Shown here: positions 40,746 to 51,506 of the stretch, one piece after another | Position numbering within the stretch: position 1 is the first letter of the stretch | How the letters are laid out: each line of letters begins with the position of its first letter | Source: Phycisphaerales bacterium | GTDB lineage: Bacteria > Planctomycetota > Phycisphaerae > WQYP01 | Reading direction: 5' to 3' | NCBI GenBank assembly: GCA_027451365.1 | Contig: DAIDJN010000042.1 | Coordinates: forward strand, 15,866-79,865 | Length of the DNA: 64,000 nt | Translations under genes and position numbers: made by a program | The notes under the pieces: generated by a model | The model's input: the letters and a program-made list of their open reading frames with translations, nothing else | What the model was told of the DNA's origin: nothing | Database searches by the model: none

Positions 40746-41711
40746 ATGAACCGACCTTTTATGATCGATAATTCGCGTGAACACCATACTGTTACAACCC
40801 GAACCGGCCAGCGATTAACCACCCTGCCGAATGGCAGCTTGCGTATTTTTGCGCCGGCAAAGCTGAACCTGGGACTGATCGTGTATCCACCCCGTCCCGA
40901 CGGGTTTCACGATATCGATTCCTGGTTCGTGCCGATTTCGCTTTACGATACGCTGACTATTTCTCCGGCGGCGGAATTGTCGCTTCAGGTGACGGGAGTT
41001 TGCGGGAACATATCTGCCGATCTTCATGACAATCTTGTCGGTCGGGCGGCACTGTTGCTCGCCGCGGAAACCGGTCACGCGGCGGGGGCGAACATTCAGT
41101 TGCACAAAGTGGTGCCTGCTGGCGGAGGTCTGGGCGGGGGAAGTTCAGATGGGGCGGCTACGCTATTGGCCTTGAACCGGATGTGGCGAACTGACCTTTC
41201 GGACGATGCCTTGGCCAATCTGGCGGCCCGCTTGGGCAGCGATGTGCCCTTTTTTATTCACTGTGAATCGGCGGTATGCCGCGGCCGGGGGGAAAAAATG
41301 ACGCAGTTGCCGTTTTATGACTGGCTTTACGTGGTCCTGTTTATGCCACCAATGGGGGTGGCGACCAAGGCTGTCTATCAGCGTTTTGACCAGCGCAGGC
41401 CGACCCAACCGCATCAGTTGCCGGACTGGATGGCAATTAGCCGCCTTAAACCGCATGCGATGGCCGCTCTGTTAACGAATGATCTTCAGGCTCCAGCCTA
41501 TGATGTCGAACCGCGGTTGGAGGTGCTAAGTCGGCAACTGGCACAATTAACAGGTCGAAAAATTCAGATGAGCGGAAGTGGTTCCACACTGTTTATTCTG
41601 GCGGATTCCGCCGCTGACGCCCAACACGTTCGCGACGCGGCCCAGGCACAGGCGGACGGGATGTTTACCGCAGCGGCGGCGCGGGTATATCGGACTGGCG
41701 AATGGGGGTAA
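40746..41711 (+). CDS. ispE: 4-(cytidine 5'-diphospho)-2-C-methyl-D-erythritol kinase
   Basis: APAKLNL, DGFH, PAGGGLGGGSSDGA, GSDVPFF, NDL, MSGSGST. Confidence 0.95.
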   Translation: MNRPFMIDNSREHHTVTTRTGQRLTTLPNGSLRIFAPAKLNLGLIVYPPRPDGFHDIDSWFVPISLYDTLTISPAAELSLQVTGVCGNISADLHDNLVGRAALLLAAETGHAAGANIQLHKVVPAGGGLGGGSSDGAATLLALNRMWRTDLSDDALANLAARLGSDVPFFIHCESAVCRGRGEKMTQLPFYDWLYVVLFMPPMGVATKAVYQRFDQRRPTQPHQLPDWMAISRLKPHAMAALLTNDLQAPAYDVEPRLEVLSRQLAQLTGRKIQMSGSGSTLFILADSAADAQHVRDAAQAQADGMFTAAAARVYRTGEWG

Positions 41712-41729
41712 ATCAGATTGGTGGGGCGG

Positions 41730-42281
41730 TCAGATAGCCTGAACAGATTCAATCGCAAACCCGCTTTGCTCTATGCATTGTTTGACGGCCTGCTCGCATG
41801 AAGCATCGGCGGAAATCGTGAATTCCCTTGTATCAAATGCGCTGGTGGCGATATAGGCTGTACAGACGGCAAAAGCGATGCTGTTTTTTATTTCCAGACT
41901 TTTCCGGTTGATCCCGGGAACTCGATTCAGCCGCAGGCGAAGATTGGTCAATTCTTCTGTGGCAAAAGTTCCAGATTGAATCTTAAACCGCACGCGGCGT
42001 GGGGTGCCTGTGAACAGCGCAAGTTTCTCTTCAATAAGTTTTTCCACGGGCATGTTTTCGGATATTTCTTCTGGCGAAAAATGCTGATGGAGATGCGACC
42101 ATGCGTCATGCAGGCAGAAGTGGTAAAGGTTATGGCCGTCCGGCAACTGGCGGACGTCCCACACGCCAACGGCGTTGGGCGAAAGCGGTGAAATAATTCG
42201 GTCAATGGCGGGATTAAGGCGACGGGCGAATGCGGCGGCTGCCGGCTGGGCTTGCAATCTGCTGGTAAGGAATAAATCCAT
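41730..42281 (-). CDS. Hypothetical protein
   Basis: Protein-like ORF filling the gap; no motif recognised; start uncertain (open from 42350). Confidence 0.5.
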   Translation of the reverse strand: MDLFLTSRLQAQPAAAAFARRLNPAIDRIISPLSPNAVGVWDVRQLPDGHNLYHFCLHDAWSHLHQHFSPEEISENMPVEKLIEEKLALFTGTPRRVRFKIQSGTFATEELTNLRLRLNRVPGINRKSLEIKNSIAFAVCTAYIATSAFDTREFTISADASCEQAVKQCIEQSGFAIESVQAI

Positions 42282-42729
42282 GCCACGCGTCTTTCCATGT
42301 TCGGGCCAAACTATTAAATGAATCATGCCAAAAAACGTCCCGTGGGGCAAGCGCGTCGGCTGAGTTTGGCGATAACCATACTTTCACGAAGCTCATATTT
42401 TGGCGAAAACGAAGGGCTACCGGGGTTAAAGCGGGGGTTGCCGCCGACACAGCCTGCTGCATAATCGATACCGGCATCTTTTCACTGTATCGTTTCTTCT
42501 TCCGTAATCTTTTATTCTCATTTTATTGGAAGTCTATACGACGCCAAAGGCGTTATTTTGGGGGCAAAGTACACTGGGCGGAGGATCGTTTGATATCCAC
42601 AATCCCACAAATTTAAACATATTGCAATTTTTCGATGTCGTATGACTATCGGATAATCGCAAAAATTCTCATTATTAAGAATATGAACAACATCACAATT
42701 GGCTGCGCGGGTGAACGTGGGGCGTATTG

Positions 42730-43506
42730 TTATCGGGTGGCGGCAATCTGATACGCGGGAATAGCCAAGGCCTCCTGAAGGGACAGGCTGCACAAATTCA
42801 AGGCGACAATATGTTCAAGAATCCGGGGCAGCGCCTCTATCGTGCGTTGTTGCGACAAATGGCGTCGCGATGGTTCCAGCCCGTCATGCAGGGTGACAAT
42901 ATGACCGGGACGCATCCGGCGGTTGATAAAGGTTGCAATGGTGGGCGATGGAATGGGAAGTGTGTCAAAGCCGCGCTGCCGCCAGCCGATATAGTTCATG
43001 CCCAAGGCGCGCACGGCCCATGCCTGGGAGGGCGTTTTAAATCCCATCGGGGCGCGAAATAGCGCTGGACGTTTGCTGGTGGCGGCAAAAATAATGTCGC
43101 TGGTCCGTGTTAACTGGTTCAGCCAATAGCCTGTTCCGCGCATTGTCCCATTGTGATGATGGTTGAAGGTGTGATTTCCAATAGTATGGCCGCGATCCGA
43201 TATTTCCTTGGCCAGCGATTTTTCCCGTTCCACATTTTCGCCGATCAAAAAGAATGTTGCCTTGGCGGAGAACCGGTCCAGAATATCCAGAACAGGCGGC
43301 GTAAATTGTGCGGTCGGCCCATCATCAAAAGTGAGCGCCAGCGCCCTGGCGATCGGAATGCGGCTTATCACCGGTGCAAAAAGCGGGCTGGTGTTGCAAA
43401 GCACGCCGTAACCGAGTGTTGCCGCCACGCCCACGGTGGCGGCAGCCGCCGGCAACCATGGATTCACCGACGCGGATATGAGTTGATCAGCGATGCAAGT
43501 CGGCAA
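42730..43506 (-). CDS. Polysaccharide deacetylase (CE4/NodB) with N-terminal membrane anchor
   Basis: LTFDDGP, ATFF, GNHTFNH, FRAPMG, TLHDG. Confidence 0.92.
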   Translation of the reverse strand: MPTCIADQLISASVNPWLPAAAATVGVAATLGYGVLCNTSPLFAPVISRIPIARALALTFDDGPTAQFTPPVLDILDRFSAKATFFLIGENVEREKSLAKEISDRGHTIGNHTFNHHHNGTMRGTGYWLNQLTRTSDIIFAATSKRPALFRAPMGFKTPSQAWAVRALGMNYIGWRQRGFDTLPIPSPTIATFINRRMRPGHIVTLHDGLEPSRRHLSQQRTIEALPRILEHIVALNLCSLSLQEALAIPAYQIAATR

Positions 43507-43616
43507 TGCGAGTGTCCTTATTCTGGTTTCCGCAATTTCCGTGTCACGTCTGCGCTGTCGGGCAAAAGTGAGGGCCTTACGTCAGTCCGTGCATGCGGAC
43601 GGTTGCGCGGTTGAGG

Positions 43617-44507
43617 TTACAGTTGGTTAGATGCATGATAGGCCCGGATTCCATCCAAAAGACCACTGATGGGAGAGTAGCCTAAAACGGCACGGGTCTG
43701 CGATATATCCGCTTCCGTATGCACCTGGAAAAAGCTGTACGGATTTTCTATGTAATCCGGTTCCAGCCGCGTGTGCAGAACCGAATTAAGTGCGGCAATA
43801 ATGGCATTGAATGATTCCGATTCGCCGCTTCCCACATTAAATACACCATGGGTGTCGGTATTCATCGCCTTAAGATTGGCATTTATGACATCACCGATCC
43901 AGACAAAATCCCGCCTCTGGGAGCCGTCCCGGAAAATGCGAGGCCGCTTGCCCGCTTTTATCTGCTGAGCAAGCTGGTAAATCATCGAGGCAAATTTCCC
44001 TTTATGACCTTCGCCCGGGCCATACACATTGAAATATCGCAGACCGATGATCGGCAGGTGGGTTTCGGCATGCCAACGGGCGGCCAGATGTTCCATAGCC
44101 AGTTTGGAATAGCCATATACGTTCAAGGGATGCGGTTCCATATTTTCACGCATCGGGGCCGGGAGGTTGCCATAAACCGCCGCCGACGACGCCCATACCA
44201 CGCGGGCACCATAATCTGCCGCCCAGGAAAGAACATTGCGGAATCCTTCCACATTGTTCTGCATCATGTGGAGTTGGTCGGTGACCGTGGTATCGGTAAT
44301 GGAAGCCTGATGAAAAATAATATCGAAGCGATCGGCCGGCTTCGCCGTGCATCCGCCGGAAATAACCTCGCCCGTAAATTTAACCAGATTGCGAAAATCT
44401 CCGGATGAAAAATTATCCAAAATGGTAACCTGATGGCCCGCCCCGGCCAGATGTCTGGCAAGATTGGACCCGATAAATCCCGCACCGCCTGTTACCAGAA
44501 TTCGCAT
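43617..44507 (-). CDS. hldD: ADP-L-glycero-D-manno-heptose 6-epimerase
   Basis: TGGAGFIGSN, ASSAAVYG, PLNVYGYSK, RYFNVYGPGEGHKG..AS, RDFV. Confidence 0.88.
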   Translation of the reverse strand: MRILVTGGAGFIGSNLARHLAGAGHQVTILDNFSSGDFRNLVKFTGEVISGGCTAKPADRFDIIFHQASITDTTVTDQLHMMQNNVEGFRNVLSWAADYGARVVWASSAAVYGNLPAPMRENMEPHPLNVYGYSKLAMEHLAARWHAETHLPIIGLRYFNVYGPGEGHKGKFASMIYQLAQQIKAGKRPRIFRDGSQRRDFVWIGDVINANLKAMNTDTHGVFNVGSGESESFNAIIAALNSVLHTRLEPDYIENPYSFFQVHTEADISQTRAVLGYSPISGLLDGIRAYHASNQL

Positions 44508-44574
44508 GATGGCTCCTGTTAAAACGCCTTTGTGGAATTGGTCCGTATCGAATTATACCGGGTAGCAACCGCAT

Positions 44575-45711
44575 TTACCGGGTTCCAGCGGCGGGGCCAT
44601 CGCCATTCCGGCGCACTGCGGGCTGCTGCTGTGTCATACAGTGTATCGTGCCAAGCCCCCAAACCAAGTCACGGCAGTAAATCGGGATAATGGTACGAGG
44701 CGCAAATGCCTGTTCAATTACCTTAAGGGCCATCAGATCCGCCGGGTCGTTAAAGACCGGAACCAGCACGCCCGCATTGCAGATATAAAAATTTGCGTAG
44801 CTGGCGGGCAACCGTTGCTTTTCAAATACCACCGGTGCCGGCATGGGCAATTCCGCGATGCTAAACTGTTTGCCGCGCGCATCTCGCATGGCGGTCAGCC
44901 GCCGAAGGTTTTCCCGAAGCGGCAGGTGGTTGGGGTCGCGACGGTTGGGTTCGGTGCAGGCTAGAATCAGGTTGGGGGTTGCGAAACGGGCGGTATCATC
45001 AATATGGCCGTGGGTGTCATCTCCGGCAATACCGCGGCCCAGCCAAAGCACTTTCTGAATACCCAGGTAATTCCCCAGAAATTCCTCCACCATTTTCCGC
45101 GTAAATCCGGGGTTCCGCTGCTGGATTCGTGACAGAAGACATTCTTCCGTTGTCAGCACACATCCTGCCCCGTTGACATCAATGCTGCCGCCTTCCAGAA
45201 CCAGCCGGCGATTTCTACCTTTCTGGTCCTTTTCAACAGGTTGCCAAAGCGGAATGGCATTCGCTTTTGCGGCCAATGTCGGCAGCCTTTCGTCCATGTG
45301 GTAATTGGGATATTTTGCCCAGCCGTTAAACTGCCATCCGACTGCGGCAAGCGGATCTTTAGGACCGGCGCGGCGTACGAAAATGGGCCCGGAATCGCGC
45401 GTCCAGATGCGGTCGGTCTTCTGAATATGAAAGGTGACGCTGGACAGATTCACGGCAGATTTATTTAAAATTCTGGTCACGGCCCGCTTTTCCGCAGGGG
45501 TTTGTACCAGCAGATCTACGCGCTCGGCCGATGCTATATGCCGCAGAATATCTGCAAATATCCATGGAACTGGTCCGAATTTTCCAGGCCAGTCCGGTTC
45601 ATGGTGAGGCCAGGCCAGCCAAGTGGAAGCGTGCGTGTCCCATTCGGGTGGCATGGCATATCCTAATTCCCGCGGCAGTGGGCGTGGTGGTGTCAGAGGC
45701 ATTTGTGTCAT
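44575..45711 (-). CDS. aguA: Agmatine deiminase
   Basis: MPPEW, WTRDSGP, EGGSI, DDTHGHID, SYANF, GTIHCMTQQ; adjacent to aguB. Confidence 0.9.
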   Translation of the reverse strand: MTQMPLTPPRPLPRELGYAMPPEWDTHASTWLAWPHHEPDWPGKFGPVPWIFADILRHIASAERVDLLVQTPAEKRAVTRILNKSAVNLSSVTFHIQKTDRIWTRDSGPIFVRRAGPKDPLAAVGWQFNGWAKYPNYHMDERLPTLAAKANAIPLWQPVEKDQKGRNRRLVLEGGSIDVNGAGCVLTTEECLLSRIQQRNPGFTRKMVEEFLGNYLGIQKVLWLGRGIAGDDTHGHIDDTARFATPNLILACTEPNRRDPNHLPLRENLRRLTAMRDARGKQFSIAELPMPAPVVFEKQRLPASYANFYICNAGVLVPVFNDPADLMALKVIEQAFAPRTIIPIYCRDLVWGLGTIHCMTQQQPAVRRNGDGPAAGTR

Positions 45712-45765
45712 AGAAGGCTCATTGGCTGGTGCATTGTTAGGACATTTCTGCGACTTACGCAGGCC

Positions 45766-46653
45766 TTAGCGAAAATTGAACCGGTTAAGAATCGGGCCGT
45801 AGGCATCAACCCTCCGATCGCGCAGGAATGGCCAGTTTCGTCGGACTGTCTCCAGATGGCGCGGGTCAATGACCGCGGTCAGAATTTCTTCTTTATCAAC
45901 CGATCCTCTGGTCAAGAATCTTCCAAACGGGTCGGCAATAAATGAGTTGCCAAAAAATTCCAGTCCGCCGTCCTTCGGCCCTTCATGCCCAATTCGGTTG
46001 GCGGAGGCCACATAGACCCCATTGGAGATGGCGTGCGAACGCTGAATGGTTTGCCAGGCATCCACCTGGGCGGCGCCGAATTTGTTCTTTTCCGAGGGAT
46101 GCCAGCCGATTGCCGTCGGATAAAACAGGACGCTGACATCCTGGAGTGCCGTGAGGCGGGCGGCTTCGGGAAACCATTGATCCCAGCAGATCAGAACGCC
46201 AATGCGCCCGAATCGGGTATCAAACGCTTTAAAGCCGGTATCTCCGGGCGTGAAATAATATTTTTCGTAAAACAGCGGGTCGTCCGGAATGTGCATTTTC
46301 CGGTAGATACCCAGCAGAGTGCCATCGGCATCCAGCACGGCGGCGGTGTTGTGGTACAGCCCGGCTGCGCGGCGTTCAAACAGCGACACGATAATTGCAA
46401 CCCCAAGCTCCCTGGCCAGCCGACCAAATAAATCCGTGCTGGGGCCTGGAATTTCCTCCGCCAGATCAAATAATTCCGTGGCCTCACGCTGGCAGAAATA
46501 TTCACTGCCGAAAAGTTCCTGGGTACAGATCACTTGTGCCCCCTGATGAGCGGCCTGGCGGATCATGGTAGCCGCCCGTTCTCTATTATCCTGGGCGTTG
46601 GCCGTGCATCGCATCTGCATAATGCCGACTGTGAATTCTTGTGTGGTGCCCAT
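45766..46653 (-). CDS. aguB: N-carbamoylputrescine amidase (carbon-nitrogen hydrolase)
   Basis: E-K-C triad: QELF, YRKMHIPDDP..YEK.YF.PGD, ICWDQWFPE, YPTAIG. Confidence 0.9.
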   Translation of the reverse strand: MGTTQEFTVGIMQMRCTANAQDNRERAATMIRQAAHQGAQVICTQELFGSEYFCQREATELFDLAEEIPGPSTDLFGRLARELGVAIIVSLFERRAAGLYHNTAAVLDADGTLLGIYRKMHIPDDPLFYEKYYFTPGDTGFKAFDTRFGRIGVLICWDQWFPEAARLTALQDVSVLFYPTAIGWHPSEKNKFGAAQVDAWQTIQRSHAISNGVYVASANRIGHEGPKDGGLEFFGNSFIADPFGRFLTRGSVDKEEILTAVIDPRHLETVRRNWPFLRDRRVDAYGPILNRFNFR

Positions 46654-46757
46654 TTGAATCTCCTGTTTCCATTTCGTCAGCCGCCACGGCCGTCGAATTT
46701 TTGAAACGCGGGAATTATATCCGTTTGTCCGGCTTTTGTCTGATGATTGAAGCAGCG

Positions 46758-47759
46758 TTATCGGAGGAAGTGTGAAGCATCGGTGACAGGGTTGAGTTTC
46801 AAAGGCGGCAATGCTCGCTCAATTTCACTTCGTCGGCTTTCCAGCCATTGTGGAAGTTTGAGTCCGCTTCCCAGTTCGCCTGCAGGTTCGTCCACGGCAA
46901 AACCCGGACCGTCTGTGGCAATCTCACACACCGCTCCACCTGGTTCCATAAAATAGATGGATTGGAAATACAATCGTTGCATGATTTCCGTGGGCCGGTA
47001 TTTTGCCGTGGCAAGGCCTTGTTGGAACATTTTCTGCTGGACCATATCGCGGGCGCGAAATGCGACGTGATGAATTTTGCCCGGCGCAAAATGTCCGGCG
47101 GCCAAACTGCTTCTTTCCTGAATCGTCACGCAGGGGACCGGGCAGTCGGGCACGGACAGGGCAATTGTGGCGGGATGTAAATCGGTGGCGGCAATTTCCT
47201 GGGCACGGAGGCCGAGTTCGGATGAAAACAAAAATGCCGATTCCTGTACTCGGCGACTGGCCAGTGTCACCCCGGCGATTCCAGAAATGGCGGCGTGGTC
47301 CGGCGAAGGTCCGCCCGACAGGGTTGCCGTTGCCGGATGATCGCCGCACAAAAGCTCAATGTGAATCCCGTCAGGGCCGGTTACCTCCACACCCGTTCGT
47401 CCGTCGACCGAAGTCATGAGTCGGCAGGGGGTTTGCGTGCCGGCAAGCCGCGAAAGCCAGAAATCCGCCGCGCCAGGAGGAATGGAAAATTGAACTCCGG
47501 CAATCGCGGCCGGAGAAATAATCGGCGATACCCCAGGCCATACAAAGAACGTCATGATTGTTCCGGGCGTGCCGCTGACGTCGCCATAATAAAGGTGATA
47601 ACTCAACGGGTCGTCAAAATTGACCGTCACCTTCACGAGCCGCAAGCCCAGAACGCCGCTGAAAAAGTCGATATTCTGTTGAGCATCGCTGCATATTGCC
47701 GTGACGTGGTGAATGCCTGCGGTGGATGGCGGTGGCAAGATTGTCTGGTCCATAGTCAT
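46758..47759 (-). CDS. Ring-cleaving dioxygenase/glyoxalase (MhqO-like)
   Basis: GIHHVTA, KVTVNFDDP..YHLYYGD, HHVAF, YFQSIYF.EPGG...EIAT. Confidence 0.9.
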   Translation of the reverse strand: MTMDQTILPPPSTAGIHHVTAICSDAQQNIDFFSGVLGLRLVKVTVNFDDPLSYHLYYGDVSGTPGTIMTFFVWPGVSPIISPAAIAGVQFSIPPGAADFWLSRLAGTQTPCRLMTSVDGRTGVEVTGPDGIHIELLCGDHPATATLSGGPSPDHAAISGIAGVTLASRRVQESAFLFSSELGLRAQEIAATDLHPATIALSVPDCPVPCVTIQERSSLAAGHFAPGKIHHVAFRARDMVQQKMFQQGLATAKYRPTEIMQRLYFQSIYFMEPGGAVCEIATDGPGFAVDEPAGELGSGLKLPQWLESRRSEIERALPPLKLNPVTDASHFLR

Positions 47760-47761
47760 GC

Positions 47762-49084
47762 TTAAAGTATAGGCACAATGTTCAGAAAAGGTTCATCCCG
47801 CATGGACTTCATTTGGCGTAACAGTTGATCGAGGTCTTCATCGGTATGGGTGGCCATCAGACTGATGCGCAGGCGGGCGCTGTTCGGCGGCACCGTGGGC
47901 GGACGGATGGCGGGTACAAAAATTCCACGGGTTTTAAGCCATTCAGCGGCAGCCAGTGCAGTTTCCGCTCGACCGAGTATGACCGGAATGATGGGCGTAC
48001 AGGACCGGCCGCAATTATAGCCCATCATTTCAAGTGCTGATTTGACGCGTTTGGCTGCGGCCATCACACCCAACCGGCGATGTGGCTCACTTTTTACAAT
48101 ATTCAAGGCGGCTATGGCCGCGGCGCTGCAGGCGGCGGGCATGGCGGTTGTATAGATTAGGCCACGGGCTTTCTGTACCAGTGTTTCAATCACTTCGGCC
48201 GGCCCGGTGACGAATCCGCCCACGCTTCCCAGCGCCTTGGAAAGCGTGCCGACCGTTGCCGCTATCTGAGATTCCACCTGTTGCATGGCCGCGAGTCCGC
48301 GGCCATCGGGTCCAAGCAGACCGGTGGCATGGGCTTCATCAAGCACGATCAGCGTTCTGGTATTGCCGGCTGCGGCGCACAATGCGGGCAGGTCGGCAAT
48401 ATCGCCATCCATGGAAAACACGGTATCGGTTACCACAAATCGCTTCACCTCCGCATCGGGATGGCCGCCGGCTGAAGCTTCCGCGGAGTCCGTTGATTCA
48501 GAGATGTCGTCCGCTTTGAATATCGCGTTTTTGCCACGGCCGGGTTTTGCCAGCAACGCCGCGGCGCGGCGATAATTAAGATGCGGAAAAACCCGATGTT
48601 CCGCACCACTGTATTTGGCTGCATCCAGCAGGCTGGCATGGTTAAGCTTGTCGGAAACAATGCGGTCGCCTGGCCCGGCAAATGTGGTGAGCACCGCAAG
48701 ATTCGCGGTATATCCGCTTGAAAACAGCAGGGTGGCCGGCGTTTGCTTGAACGCGGACAATGCCGCTTCAAGTGCATGGTGCGACTCCATAGACCCCGCC
48801 ACAAGGCGCGATGCGCCTGCTCCCAAACCGTAACGGCCTATGGCGGTGCGGGCCGCATCTATCACGCGTTCGTCGGCGGCGAGTCCCAGATAATTATTGG
48901 TGCAGAATTGGAGGTAGCTGCGCGAATCGATCGTCATGCGGGGGGCCACGGCATTGCCCACCACCGGTAGCCGTCGCCAAAGATGATCGCGTTTGCGCGC
49001 TGCGATATCCGTGGCCAGTCCGGCAAGCCACGCTCGAACGGCGGGAGGTAAAGTGTGATCGTGCGAATGGTCGATTGAAGTCAT
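47762..49084 (-). CDS. bioF: 8-amino-7-oxononanoate synthase
   Basis: NNYLGL, GAGASRLV, SSGYTAN, NHASL, VFSMDGD, DEAH, GTLSKA, IRPPTVP; start uncertain. Confidence 0.92.
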   Translation of the reverse strand: MTSIDHSHDHTLPPAVRAWLAGLATDIAARKRDHLWRRLPVVGNAVAPRMTIDSRSYLQFCTNNYLGLAADERVIDAARTAIGRYGLGAGASRLVAGSMESHHALEAALSAFKQTPATLLFSSGYTANLAVLTTFAGPGDRIVSDKLNHASLLDAAKYSGAEHRVFPHLNYRRAAALLAKPGRGKNAIFKADDISESTDSAEASAGGHPDAEVKRFVVTDTVFSMDGDIADLPALCAAAGNTRTLIVLDEAHATGLLGPDGRGLAAMQQVESQIAATVGTLSKALGSVGGFVTGPAEVIETLVQKARGLIYTTAMPAACSAAAIAALNIVKSEPHRRLGVMAAAKRVKSALEMMGYNCGRSCTPIIPVILGRAETALAAAEWLKTRGIFVPAIRPPTVPPNSARLRISLMATHTDEDLDQLLRQMKSMRDEPFLNIVPIL

Positions 49085-49280
49085 ACGCGGCCATTTTAAC
49101 CGAAAGTCATTTTCTGCAACGGCTGGACAATCGTTCAAGAGGTGGGCAGATTTCATCTTCAATTTCTAAAATAAGATACGCGGCATACTTTATGATTTTA
49201 CGGTAATATAATGTCGGTGTGACCCTCGCGTACCCGACGGGCGCGGTGGCGGCGGACAAATCAGATTAAGCGAGATAAGA

Positions 49281-51350
49281 ATGGCCAAATCCACAAAAGC
49301 AACGTCAGCGGCTTCGCCGAATCTGGATATTATTCATGCGGATCCATGGTTAAAACCGTATGCGGATCAGCTTCACCGGCGTCAGCGGATGTTTATGGAC
49401 GCTTGCCAGCGGCTGGAAAAGGCGGGTGGTCTGCTGGGCGCTGCAAGTACGGGCTATAAATATTTCGGATTTAACCGCGGCGAAAATAAGGGCACCGCCG
49501 GTCTCTGGTATCGGGAATGGGCGCCCGGAGCCACGGCTTTAAGCCTTGTCGGAGACTTTAACCGATGGGACCGAACCGCCAACCCGCTTTCGCGCGATGA
49601 GTACGGCGTCTGGAGCCTTTTTCTGCCTGATGATCCGTACGCAAGCCTGCTTGTCCATGGCGGTATGTTGAAGGTGCATGTGATTTCCGCGCTTGGCGGC
49701 ATGGATCGAATTCCCGCCTACATTCGCCGTGTGGTACAGCGCCCGGGGTCACCGGAATTCGTGGGTCAATATTGGAATCCGGAAAAGCCATACACCTTCA
49801 GGAATTCCTCTCCCAAGCCGCAAGATCGGCACGGCGGACTTCGCATTTACGAGGCGCACGTGGGAATGGCGCAGGAACATGGTGGCGTGGGAACGTTCGC
49901 GCAGTTTACGCATGATGTTCTGCCGCGCGTGCGAGACATGCGTTACAACGCTATTCAGTTGATGGCGGTGATGGAGCATCCCTATTATGGATCATTTGGT
50001 TACCATGTGAGCAGTTTTTACGCCGTATCGTCACGGTTTGGCACGCCGGAGGAACTGCAGCAGTTGATTGATACCGCGCATGGGATGGGGCTGAGTGTTC
50101 TTCTGGATGTGGTGCACAGTCATGCGGTGAAAAATATGCAGGAGGGGCTTAATCATTTTGACGGCACCGATCATCAATATTTTCACGCCGGAGCGCGCGG
50201 TGAACATATCGCCTGGGATTCGCTCTGTTTTGATTATCGTGTGTTCGAGGTTCAGCGTTTCCTCCTGGGAAACCTGCGGTTCTGGCTGGAAGAATTTCAC
50301 TTCGACGGCTTCCGCTTTGATGGCGTGACGAGCATGTTGTACCTCGACCATGGTCTGGGCGCAAAGTTCACCAGCTATGACAGCTATTTTGGCCCGAATG
50401 TGGATGAAGACGCGTTGGTGTATCTGCGCGTGGCCAATGAGCTTGTCCATTCGCTTAAACCAGATGCGATTACGATTGCCGAAGATGTGTCCGGAATGCC
50501 CGGCATGGCGGTGCCCGTCAGGCAGGGCGGCATCGGCTTTGACTACCGACTGGCGATGGGCGTCCCGGATTATTGGATTAAACTGCTGAAGGAACAGCGC
50601 GATCAGGAATGGAATCTGGCGGGCCTGTATCACACACTGATGAACCGCCGACATGGCGAAAAGCACATCGGATACGCCGAAAGCCACGACCAGGCGATGG
50701 TCGGCGACAAAACGCTGGCGTTCTGGCTGATGGATAAAGACATGTATGAAAATATGAGCAAATTTACCCACAGCATTGTGGTGGAACGGGGAATTGCTCT
50801 GCATAAACTGATCCGACTCATCACCTTTTCCCTTGCGGGCGAGGGCTACCTGAACTTTATGGGCAATGAATTCGGCCATCCGGAATGGATCGACTTTCCG
50901 CGCCCCGGCAATAACAATTCCTATCATTATGCCCGGCGTCAATGGTCGCTGGCGGATCGCGACGATTTGCGCTATGGCGGTTTGCGGGAATTCGACCGGG
51001 CCATGCAGATGCTGGACGAAAAATTCAATCTTCTGCCGGATCCGTTCATTGAGCAACTTCTGGTGCATGAAGATACCCGGCAGTTGGGGTATCGTCGTGG
51101 TCCGCTGGTCTTTATTTTTAATTTTCATCCGACGGAAAGTTTTGTGGATTTGCGCATTCCGGTGCCGGACCCGTCCGACTACCGCGTGGTGCTGCAAACG
51201 GATGCGCCGGAATTCGGCGGATTCGATCGTGTCAAAACCGGTCAGATTTATCCATGGCAGAAGGTGGAAATGTATGGCCGCGGGCAAAGCGTGCAGATAT
51301 ATCTGCCCGCGCGTACGGCTCAGGTGCTTTGTCCGGCGGGAATAATCTGA
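49281..51350 (+). CDS. glgB: 1,4-alpha-glucan branching enzyme (GH13_8 type)
   Basis: YEAHVGM, EHPYYGSFGYHV, DVVHSH, FDGFRFDGVTSMLY, AEDVSG, ESHDQ, FMGNEFGHPEW. Confidence 0.95.
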   Translation: MAKSTKATSAASPNLDIIHADPWLKPYADQLHRRQRMFMDACQRLEKAGGLLGAASTGYKYFGFNRGENKGTAGLWYREWAPGATALSLVGDFNRWDRTANPLSRDEYGVWSLFLPDDPYASLLVHGGMLKVHVISALGGMDRIPAYIRRVVQRPGSPEFVGQYWNPEKPYTFRNSSPKPQDRHGGLRIYEAHVGMAQEHGGVGTFAQFTHDVLPRVRDMRYNAIQLMAVMEHPYYGSFGYHVSSFYAVSSRFGTPEELQQLIDTAHGMGLSVLLDVVHSHAVKNMQEGLNHFDGTDHQYFHAGARGEHIAWDSLCFDYRVFEVQRFLLGNLRFWLEEFHFDGFRFDGVTSMLYLDHGLGAKFTSYDSYFGPNVDEDALVYLRVANELVHSLKPDAITIAEDVSGMPGMAVPVRQGGIGFDYRLAMGVPDYWIKLLKEQRDQEWNLAGLYHTLMNRRHGEKHIGYAESHDQAMVGDKTLAFWLMDKDMYENMSKFTHSIVVERGIALHKLIRLITFSLAGEGYLNFMGNEFGHPEWIDFPRPGNNNSYHYARRQWSLADRDDLRYGGLREFDRAMQMLDEKFNLLPDPFIEQLLVHEDTRQLGYRRGPLVFIFNFHPTESFVDLRIPVPDPSDYRVVLQTDAPEFGGFDRVKTGQIYPWQKVEMYGRGQSVQIYLPARTAQVLCPAGII

Positions 51351-51506
51351 CGGGTCCGGCGCATTGCACAGCGGCTCCGCAGGTCCCCGTCGGCAGGTGT
51401 CGCGGGATTCGGGAAACCAGTCATACGGAAGACCGCGACAAATAATTTCGCTACAATATTGACGGTCAGCCGCTTTGCGGCGTTTTAGTTTGTAAGGATA
51501 AGGCCT

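Noticed and set aside
50031..51287. Long antisense ORFs (418 aa opposite glgB, 314 aa opposite the porin, and similar)
   Set aside because: These are shadow frames of well-supported genes in GC-rich DNA.
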